In this document: positions 45,522 to 54,300 of the stretch, one piece after another
Position numbering within the stretch: position 1 is the first letter of the stretch
How the letters are laid out: each line of letters starts with the position of its first letter
NCBI GenBank assembly: GCA_965197375.1
Contig: CBDAMZ010000009.1
Span: forward strand, 137,956-201,955
DNA length: 64,000 nt
Source of the DNA: Vicinamibacterales bacterium
GTDB lineage: Bacteria > Acidobacteriota > Vicinamibacteria > Vicinamibacterales > UBA8438
Direction: 5' to 3'
The notes under the pieces: model-generated
The model's input: only the letters and a program-made list of their open reading frames with translations
What the model was told of the DNA's origin: nothing
Databases searched by the model: none
Made by a program: the position numbers and the translations under genes

Positions 45522-45561
45522 CAATTGACTCGCGATAACTACAGTTATCGCGAGTCAATTG
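45522..45561. repeat. 40-bp palindrome, putative recombinase core site (centre AC, inverted relative to 44189..44218)
   Basis: CAATTGACTCGCGATAACT-AC-AGTTATCGCGAGTCAATTG: 19-bp perfect arms. The inner 30 bp are the exact reverse complement of the 44189 site. Confidence 0.6.
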
Positions 45562-46104
45562 CCTTGATATGAGCGCGTGACGCGACACGTCCAGCCCCTG
45601 CCTGTCAGCATCACCCGGTGCGCCCCGTGTCCCCGTTTCGGCCGGTGACTCGCCCCACCCGTCAACCCTCGAAATCCCTGTGACGTCGCGCCCGGCATCT
45701 GCGCCGACCCGGCAAGCACGCCGCCGCACGTCCGGCGCGGACGTCCGCCACGGCGTTGCGCGCTCGGCGAGCCATCGGCACGCGCCAGCAGGGTCACGCT
45801 CCGGCGCGGCCGTATCACCGTCCCGATCTCGGTGGTCTTCGTCAACCTCGTCCTTCCCAAGACGGGCCGCCCGCGCAGCCGCCGCCGCGTCGTTCACGCC
45901 CCGTCGCCGCGCCCCCCGCGGGTGGGCGGCATCTGCCATCCCTGCCGTGCATCACGTGGAGCCCATGCTACAAACGCGCCGGGAGGATGGGTAGACGAGA
46001 ACATTGCGGGTGGTTATGAGGGGGAACACCCCATGTTGTTGGGCTGTCGGCTCGCCGGTCCTGTGCCCGGTCTCGGGAGCCCGCCGCGGCGCCGGCGCAC
46101 CCGC

Positions 46105-47064
46105 TCAGCGGATCGACAGCAGGTACGCGCGCAGGGTCACGCGCCGCTCCACGCCGAGCTTGCCGCGGATGTTGTTGCGGTGAAAGTCGATCGTGCTCGG
46201 CGCCCGCGCCAGCGTGGCGGCGATGTCCTTCGTGGTCAGGCCGCGCATCACCAGATGCGCGACGTCGGCTTCGGTCGCGGTCAAGGCCTGGAACACGCGC
46301 GCCAGCCTCGATGAGAGCGACGAGGTGAGGGTCTTGAGGTGGGTCTCGATCAGGCGCACGTACTCCACGGCCGTGCTGTCGCGCTCCACAAGCCGCGCGA
46401 GCTTCGCCACATGCGGCAGCACCAGCGTATTGATCTGTTGCAGCAACTGCTCGTTGCGCGCCTCGTTGGACTGCTCGACATTGCCGAGCAGCACGCGTAG
46501 CGCCGTGTTGGCGTCCTGCAGTTCGCGGGTGCGTTCGACCACCTGCCGTGCGGTCTCGTCGAGCGATTGCTGCAGGGCGGTTTCGAGCCGCCGGCGTTCG
46601 GCGATCTCGACCAGCGACCGCAGGGTTGCCTCGACCACGCCGGCGAACGCCTGCAGCCCCTCGCGGAACAGCAGCGCGTGGGCGTTGCGCTCGCGGTCGA
46701 GCACGCAGATCGTGCCGAACACGTCGCCGCTGGGCCATTTCAGGGGATAGCCGATGTAGAAGCGCATCCCGTCGGCCAGATCCTCGTTCCCCGCCCAGAC
46801 CGGGTCGCGGGTCGCGTCCTCGACCACCAGCTCGCCGTCGTTGTCGAACACGCCCTGGCAATAGAGCACGGCGTGCAGATCGTACTCGCGCCCGACCGCG
46901 TAGGGGTTGCCCTCGGTGCGGCTACTCACCAGGACCGTGTGCTTCGGACGCGCGGTTTGCATGATCAGGCTCGCCGGCACCCGGGCGAGCCGGGCCGTCA
47001 GGTCGACCACGCGCTGCCACTCGGCCAGCGTCTCGGGCGGGATCTCGGGCAGCACGGTCGTCAC
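46105..47064 (-). CDS. GAF-domain sensor fused to LuxR/FixJ-type HTH transcriptional regulator
   Basis: Track ORF 46105..47661, but its first ~200 aa are Arg/Pro-rich and overlap the upstream gene. Start placed at GTG (V200, VTTVLPEIPPETLAEWQR). GAF-like region ...PYAVGREYDLHAVLYCQGV...GYPLKWPSGDVFGTICVLD. The C-terminal LTATEADVAHLVMRGLTTKDIAATLARAPSTIDFHRNNIRGKLGV is a LuxR HTH. Start uncertain. Confidence 0.7.
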   Translation of the reverse strand: MTTVLPEIPPETLAEWQRVVDLTARLARVPASLIMQTARPKHTVLVSSRTEGNPYAVGREYDLHAVLYCQGVFDNDGELVVEDATRDPVWAGNEDLADGMRFYIGYPLKWPSGDVFGTICVLDRERNAHALLFREGLQAFAGVVEATLRSLVEIAERRRLETALQQSLDETARQVVERTRELQDANTALRVLLGNVEQSNEARNEQLLQQINTLVLPHVAKLARLVERDSTAVEYVRLIETHLKTLTSSLSSRLARVFQALTATEADVAHLVMRGLTTKDIAATLARAPSTIDFHRNNIRGKLGVERRVTLRAYLLSIR

Positions 47065-47581
47065 GGCCGCCGTTCCGATGACCAACGCCGCCCGGCCGGG
47101 ACCGATCGGGGACGGGGACTCCTTGTTAACGGCATACGAACGCGTGCCTCGGCCTGTACAACGGGGGCTTCCATGCCGTCGCACGATCGAGGGGCATCTG
47201 GGAAGAATACCTGAATCGATATGGGGCACGGCCCCATGTTGTTCGGGACGTGGCGGCAGCCTTTCGCGGGGGCCGGGCACCGCGCGGCCGGGGCCCACGG
47301 GTCGGGCAGTTGCCACAGGCGCGGCACACGTTCGTCGATGGGATGGTAGACCTCGGGTACTTTCGTTCCAGGTCTTCGCGACGTGCGCGTGGACCCGAAT
47401 CTGCAGGGGTCGAACGCCACAATGGCCGTCTTTGACAACGGGAGTTCGATGGACCTGGATGGTCTTCGCGAGCTCTGGCACATCGCGTTTTCCTCGAAGG
47501 AAGGCCGCACAACGGAGCACGGCCGCCCGCTGATCGGTAAATTCGGTGCGCCAGACGCGCACCGTTAGTGCCGTCCGGCGC

Positions 47582-48547
47582 TTATCTGGTCGGCGGCACT
47601 CTTGGAATTGCGAAGAGGGAATTCCTCTGTTCCGCGCGCTTCTCCTCGAAGTAGCGGTCAAACGACCTTACGTCGCTGGTTCTGCCTAGCTCCGCGCCCT
47701 GCTTGATCCAGCGCACCAACATCCGAAACGGGTCGGGCGGTCTGGATCCGCCTGCGTGCGTCGCCGTCTCCGCGGACCACGAGTCCTGCCACGCCTCCGG
47801 GCCGTCCTTGTGCACCGTCACCCCGTAAGTTCCGGCGGCGGACTTGCGCACCTCCTTCCGCTCCCCCTTGGTCACTTGTCCCCACCTTACGGCATGCCCG
47901 TCCAGCGTCACGAGCAGGTTCGGCACCACGCTCGCATCCAGGCCCGCCGAGAGCCCGCTGAACATCCCCACCAGCGTTTCGCGACTCAGCCGCGACTCGC
48001 CCGCCAGCACGAACCCGAATATCTGTGCTCGCTCTTTCTGTTCCGGCCCCTCGTCCAGTCGGACGACCGAGTCGCGGTGCGGAGACAGGTAGTTCCGTTT
48101 CAACGGGATCGGTTCTCCGGTCGTGGGATGCGGCAGCAGGTCAGTCACGTCGTACCGCCGAAGTTCCTTCGCCGACGCGACCTTCCGGAACGCGTCCTCG
48201 AGCGAATCCCCATCCAGCCGACTCTTGATCTCGCCCACGGCGATCACGCCTTCGCACGGGTAGTAGGTCGTTTGCGCCGTGCGATTCACCGAGAACACCG
48301 GGCAGATGTCCCGCTCGTATACAACAACGTCCTGCTGGCGGCTCGTCCCGTCGTAGTTGTCTATGACGAAGCCTTCCCCGACTCCCAGACCCCGTGGCAG
48401 GACCTGCTCCAGTTGGTCCCTAACGGGTTGCTCCGCCGCCGATCCCACGGTCGACGGAGTAGTGCCGGCCTTTGCGTCCTTGAATTCGTCGACGAGCCGC
48501 TCACCGATGCGCCGGATGAATGCGTCCGGATCGAAGGTCCTGCTCAT
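47582..48547 (-). CDS. PD-(D/E)XK nuclease-fold protein (DUF6602-like)
   Basis: 321-aa ORF. SRQQDVVVYERD ... YPCEGVIAVGEIKSRLD gives a D...E-x-K arrangement on predicted strands. The family assignment is from memory of the DUF6602 pattern and is not verified. Confidence 0.55.
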   Translation of the reverse strand: MSRTFDPDAFIRRIGERLVDEFKDAKAGTTPSTVGSAAEQPVRDQLEQVLPRGLGVGEGFVIDNYDGTSRQQDVVVYERDICPVFSVNRTAQTTYYPCEGVIAVGEIKSRLDGDSLEDAFRKVASAKELRRYDVTDLLPHPTTGEPIPLKRNYLSPHRDSVVRLDEGPEQKERAQIFGFVLAGESRLSRETLVGMFSGLSAGLDASVVPNLLVTLDGHAVRWGQVTKGERKEVRKSAAGTYGVTVHKDGPEAWQDSWSAETATHAGGSRPPDPFRMLVRWIKQGAELGRTSDVRSFDRYFEEKRAEQRNSLFAIPRVPPTR

Positions 48548-48649
48548 GCTCTAACCCCTTTGGCTTCCTATGCCTCTCTGCCCTGCCGACTGTCGCGTCA
48601 ATCGTGCGCGAACAGCTGCCCTGAATGTTCGCCGAACACTGGCGGGCCG

Positions 48650-48901
48650 TCGAGTACGACCGCGAACCGCTGACGAACTCCGCAATGAACTTCGTCTCGA
48701 TGCGCTTTCCGTGTCACGCCCGACGGCGTGTACTTTGAGACCGGCGGGTTCACGTTCGCCGATGAACGCCAGAACCGCCATCACCTGCGGCTCGGCTACT
48801 CGGTGATCAAGCGCTCACGCATTGCCGAGGGGATCGGGAAGATCGCCGCGGCGGTGCCCCACGCCGTCCCCGATCCGGGGCCTGACGCCCCCGCCGGGTG
48901 A
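48650..48901 (+). pseudogene. possible C-terminal remnant of a PLP-dependent aminotransferase
   Basis: Own translation: ...PDGVYFETGGFTFADERQNRHHLRLGYSVIKRSRIAEGIGKIAAAV...*(48899-48901). The pattern xHLRLxY/F...I.EGI..La is typical of class I/II aminotransferase C-termini. No N-terminal part is present. Confidence 0.3.
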
Positions 48902-49315
48902 TCGACGCCCGCGCCGCGCGGCGCGCCGAGCGGGGCTCCCGAGCGTATGTACAGAACTTTATTTCTATAAGTACAGCGTGGCGTCGTGCGGCAGGTCCAG
49001 CGAGGGGGAGCCGTCCGCCGTCGAGACGCGGCCGGCGCCGAGCCTCAGGTGTTGGAAACGGTCGTTTGCGACACGACGGCGAGGGCGCCGTCCGGCAAGC
49101 GCCTCAGTGTGTCGTAGACCGTGTCTGATTCTATGTCTTGCAGACGTCGAACGAAACAGCATAGCTCGGAGACCGGCTGCTCGGATGGCGCCTTGCTCTC
49201 AAGCGTCAGCTGTTCCGAAAATCGCCAGGCGGATCAGTCACGTACTCACTCTGCGCGTTCGGAAGGAGCACCAGCCCGAGCGCCCTCGGGTGGTCGAGCT
49301 CGGCCGCGGCGCGTT

Positions 49316-51313
49316 TCAATCAGTGTCTTGTTCCGTTGGGCTATTCTTCTCTCTTGCGACATCAGGAAATGATTTCACAAACGCTGACAGCGCCGCTTCG
49401 GCGCGACCACACGTCTCCCAAAGAGCGGGCTCTACGTGAAGCAGTGCATAGATCTTTCTTTGTAAAGCGATGGCTTCCTCGCAAGTCATGTCTTCAAACG
49501 CCAACTCATTGAGCCAATCGCCGACGGTCTCGCTCCATGCAGCCAAGTCGCTGTTGGCAGCAGCCGCCACCACAGCGACTCGCGCAACGCCTTCAAGTGA
49601 AAGACCACAGTCAGCGCGCCGCCGTGCGACTCGACAAAGGTTCCGTACCTCGTTCGCCAACGCTACGCTCCGGGTGACAGCACTCACCACCGCAAGGCCA
49701 TTCAGCAGCGAGAACAAATCGTCATTGCCACTCACCCTCCGAAGCTGATATCCAACGCGAGATAAGCCCTGGGCTGCCAGTTCTGACAACTGGGGGCTGG
49801 TGCGATATAGCAATGACATGTTGACGAGTTCGCTGAATGACTCCGGAGTCAGTTCCTCAGTTTGAAGACTCACTCTGATGCTAGATTCATACTTGTCCGG
49901 CATTTCGATCACGGCCGCTGAGCCGCCTTCGAGAGGTCCTGGGAGAAAGGCATAGGGAATGATCTTGCGGGATTGAACCGCAGAACCTTCTCCCCAAAGA
50001 AGCGAAGTCAATTCACCCGATCGAACATTCTTTCGATATCGTTCCGCCGCATTCCTAATCCTTCCCAACATCTCTGCCTGGAGCTGCTTCGGCGTCATCC
50101 CGTCTGGGAACCAGCGTGGCTCTTGACGCAAGTCAACCAATGATTGCATGTAATAGTGAGCCCCACCACTCTCAAGTGCCCATTCTGAAAACACCGTTGG
50201 CGCTAGCTCTGCATCAAGTGCCTCGCGCTCAATTAGTGCGGCGTGAGCAATAGACGCCAGCCGTCTCCAAAATGGCGGTCGTTGTCGAGCGATGCTTCGG
50301 CGACTGATCTCACCGTCAACAAGCACCACGAGACCCGACAACAGCTTCAGACGCCCAGCGGGATCTTCCGGATCGTCAGCGCCAATCACCTGGATCATCG
50401 CCGCAAGCCATGGCTCAATCTCAGGAACCGAGTCGAAATGCTGCAGACCACATTCTATTGCCCCGACCTGAGAGATGCGATCGCCATGATTTGCCAACCA
50501 CTCGTAGGTCCGCACCACCTCCTCACGTGGCACCGCCGTCAAATCGATGATTTGCGAGATCATTTGATGAGACGAAAGCACGAATACGGACCGAAGTCCT
50601 TTATAGGACTTCCACTGAACCAGTGTCCGCACGTGAGACGTAAGCACGCCAGAGATAAAGTCGTTCACGTTTGTCTCGGTAGCCGGAATGCCTACCAAGC
50701 GATCGAAATATCGCAGATCGGATGGCACCAAGTCAGCGCCACTGAAATTAGGTGCTCGCAGCCGTTCACGGTTTGCGGCGGTGCAATGCACAGGAGTCAA
50801 ACGGAATTCGTCAAGAACGTCATTAACTTCGTCGTCCTCTAACGGTCTGTCAATCAAGACGTCTCGCCATCTCTTAATGCGTTCGTCGATGATGGCACAG
50901 TCGGCCGTCTGTCTCTCGAACCATTCCATTCGTGTATTGACGTCAGGCGCTAGACACGCACATTCTGGCAACGCCTGCACGACTTTCTCATGGGTAACAG
51001 TGATTCCAGTTCCATTGTCATTGGTTAGGCGCCATACCATACCGTCCATCGACTCAACGTCTACGCTACGAGTCGCGCCAGCAAGTACTTGTCGCGCGGC
51101 TCGGAAGAGTGTTGAGCGAATAAACTCTGCGCCTGTTCGCTTTAGCTGAACTACTGCGTCGCCGCGGAGGGCATAACGGGTGCGAAACTCTTCGTCTCTC
51201 ACTATGGCGGTACGTACGCTTGGCGGAAACAGTCGCAATGCCGCCATAGCCATCTCTGCGCCAGAGGGTGTTTCAGTCGTCATCGCCTGTTCTGTTCTGT
51301 AAACGTGTGACAC
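49316..51313 (-). CDS. large hypothetical protein (665 aa as tracked), partner of the 1546-aa gene
   Basis: Long ORF in an AT-richer segment with ordinary amino-acid composition. No motif recognised and no Walker A. The frame opens (GTG 51313; ATG 51283 or 51253) around the stop of the upstream gene (51273-51275), so the two genes overlap or abut. Confidence 0.6.
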   Translation of the reverse strand: MSHVYRTEQAMTTETPSGAEMAMAALRLFPPSVRTAIVRDEEFRTRYALRGDAVVQLKRTGAEFIRSTLFRAARQVLAGATRSVDVESMDGMVWRLTNDNGTGITVTHEKVVQALPECACLAPDVNTRMEWFERQTADCAIIDERIKRWRDVLIDRPLEDDEVNDVLDEFRLTPVHCTAANRERLRAPNFSGADLVPSDLRYFDRLVGIPATETNVNDFISGVLTSHVRTLVQWKSYKGLRSVFVLSSHQMISQIIDLTAVPREEVVRTYEWLANHGDRISQVGAIECGLQHFDSVPEIEPWLAAMIQVIGADDPEDPAGRLKLLSGLVVLVDGEISRRSIARQRPPFWRRLASIAHAALIEREALDAELAPTVFSEWALESGGAHYYMQSLVDLRQEPRWFPDGMTPKQLQAEMLGRIRNAAERYRKNVRSGELTSLLWGEGSAVQSRKIIPYAFLPGPLEGGSAAVIEMPDKYESSIRVSLQTEELTPESFSELVNMSLLYRTSPQLSELAAQGLSRVGYQLRRVSGNDDLFSLLNGLAVVSAVTRSVALANEVRNLCRVARRRADCGLSLEGVARVAVVAAAANSDLAAWSETVGDWLNELAFEDMTCEEAIALQRKIYALLHVEPALWETCGRAEAALSAFVKSFPDVAREKNSPTEQDTD

Positions 51314-54300
51314 TTCTCATGATTAAATGTGACGCGTCTTGAATTGATGCAGTGAACACATCGCTCTGCGTTTCCCTCACATCCTCCAATAGCGCGTTGT
51401 TCAGCCATTCCCAATATGCGTGTCGACGCTCCGACGCTTCCGATTTGAAGGTCATTAGTGCCACCAGTAGTGCACGAAAGCGCACGTGGCTATCCCCTCG
51501 ATCTGCCTCACCAACGTGTCGATGAGACCAACCACGAATATCTAGCAGCTCCAAGAGCCACGTACTCCGTGCCGCAGCCGTTGTGATGTCGATGTCTTCT
51601 CGCCACTGAGACCTGATTGTGTCAAGCAGTACGTGAAAAAGATTGTCTAACCAGGTGGACTCTACTGCAGGCGTGAGTCCTTTGGACATCCGGCACAGTT
51701 GTAGGTTTTCACGCAACGCTTTCATTTCAGCGCCCTCAGCTAGGGCATCGTCAACGACAGTACTTCGCGACAACAACACGGTGAGCTCGTCAAAGTCAAC
51801 TGGCACAAACGCAAGAGCTGCAGAGCGCATGCGCGAAAGATAGTCCGTGCGTTGCTCTTCTTCTAACTGCAATGCAGATAGCAGATCATATGTAGTCCAC
51901 AGAGGCGTCCGTGCACCACCGTTTTGTGAGATGTCTGAGTGCTGATTGAAATAGCGATCGTCAATAACAGCGACGTCGGCACAATTTGCGATTCGTATGA
52001 TGTCGATGGCTGGATGATCAAGAGCAGCATCTGTTGGACCCTCGTTCTGCACTCTCTGAGCCAGGCGCACCTTCCCGTTCATGATCCCGTTTCTGAGCAC
52101 CTCCCTGATGTGGTCGATAACCGCGTTCGCGCGCTCGGCTAGAGCCTCGTACTTAATGAGGCGATCGCCTTCGGCAATATGATTCGCTGAAATCATCAAA
52201 GAGAAGCCAGATGCCTCGAACTTGGGAAGGAGTCGGAGGTGCTGGAAGTACAAGAGTGATACACTGTCGATATAAAGCACTGAACCCGGCGCGACGGCGG
52301 GGTTCTCCGCCCAGGGGGTCTCGTGCAGGTTCAGAAACGTCCGCGCGCGGCGTTCCTCTGCTCGGGTTAGACGTCCTTGTTGAACTAAAGCGTCAATTAC
52401 GGCGAGACAGCCGCAGACGTACGTTTTGTGAAGACCGATGTCTGCCTCTTCTTCCATCAGAGACGCCACTCGATGGATCGGTGCAGACTTCACGACACGA
52501 CGCGGCCTGCGATCAGAACCCCAATCTGCTTTGGCCTCCGCGAATAAGCACGCAAGCTCTCGGCCAACCTCGCTTGCAAGCGCTTCATCGATGGGTGCCG
52601 TGGGCTCGATGGGCTTTAGTAGGCCAGAATCCACAAGACGTCTGATCTCACGCGCACTGGCTACCCTGCTTGGTTGATGAAAACGAATACGCTGCTTTTC
52701 TTCGAACAGCCATCCCAGCGTCGAGTGAGGAACTACAACCCTGCTCACCGCGCGCATTATCCGCTCAAGTAGGCCACACGTCCCTGCGATGAGAAGGGCG
52801 GTTGGGTCTATTGCAATCGAGTGAGGCATGCGCGATGACACACCTCGTCGAGCACCACTGTAGCTATACAGCAACACTCGCCGACGCGGATCAATGGTTT
52901 CCACATTGGCAAGGACGGGCAACATTAAGAACTCCGCCAGAGACCGGCTCAGCAGTCGTGCGCAAGTGAACATTGGAACGAGGCCAGCATTAAACTGATC
53001 CCAAGCTTCCGCCTCTCGTTGTTGCCAGTCTGGGTGTCGATCGATTAAGTCCCGGAGCGATACCCGTTCAACCGGGCCGCCTGAGTCAGATAGCGTCGCG
53101 GCTCGTTCGATCCATTGGACAGTAGTCTCGTCTTCCCATCCGGCCGCCACCGCACTGGAGTAGCATCCGAGTAGCACGTGCGGATCATCCGTCGCCTTGG
53201 CGGCGGCCTCTACAATGAGTGCTTGCGCTCGGGCCGATGTCAATTCTTGCGCTATTTGGCCAGCACGCAACAGTTCTTCGGCACTTCGGTCTGCTCGTCG
53301 CTCCCACTCGCGTTCCACAAAAGTCGCAAGAGAATGCCAGTCACCTGACGCAATCGCTAGATTTACAGCGAGAATCCGATCCTCCGGACAGTCGCGATGT
53401 TCCTGCAGCCGCGTCAGGGCATCGAGACACTTAGCTAACTCGCCAAGATTGTAAAGCGACCAAGCAAGCGATGACTGAAGGTGCTCGGATCTCGACAGCA
53501 GATCCTCGTGCACGCGCAGCAACTCGACGACCTCCTGAAACTTAGCAGTTTCAAATAAGGTCCTAGTGTAAAGCTGGCAGCTTGGTAGGTCGTTGGTCCG
53601 CTCAAAAAGAATCGCCGCGTACGTGGTTAGTCGAGCCCAATCTCTCTCACTTTCTAATGCCTCTACGAGAAGTATCAGGTCTGTCAGTTTATTTGTGGAA
53701 GCGAACTGCCTTTCGCGGACCACCGTTCGATTGGATTCTGCCTCGGCAATAAGCTGTGATAGTCGCGCGCGCTGCTCACTGGGCACATCATGGTTCAAGA
53801 GTTCTTCCAGGCGTTCTTTCGCCAAGGGAAGCTGGCCCGAAGCGACCAGTGACTCGACCTCAATGCTATTAAGGAAAAATATATTCAAGTGTTTCGCCAG
53901 CTCATGTCGATGTTGCCGGATATACGCGGCGCATTCCACGGGTGGCTTCGTCTGAGCGATCGCTAATCGTGCAAGGGCAGCATCTCTTGACCCATTGGCA
54001 GATAGTGATATGTGGCGATCGATCTCCTGCTCCACTGTGTCGAGATCGATCGTCAGGCCGAACTGCAGAGCGATCGGCAATCTCCTGAGGGCGTGCTCAG
54101 GACTTCGCATACTCTGTTCAAGGTCATTGATCGCGATGTGTCGTTCATCGGGATCCCTCAGCCTCAGCAACAGCGCACGGTCGGTCGCGTCGTAACTGCT
54201 CTCTAAGCATTCGAACTCCTGTGCTGCAAGAGCAGATTGCTGATACAAGTGTTGCGCCTTCCGTCGTGTCTCTAGCGAGGCGACGTCATCGGCAAGGGAA

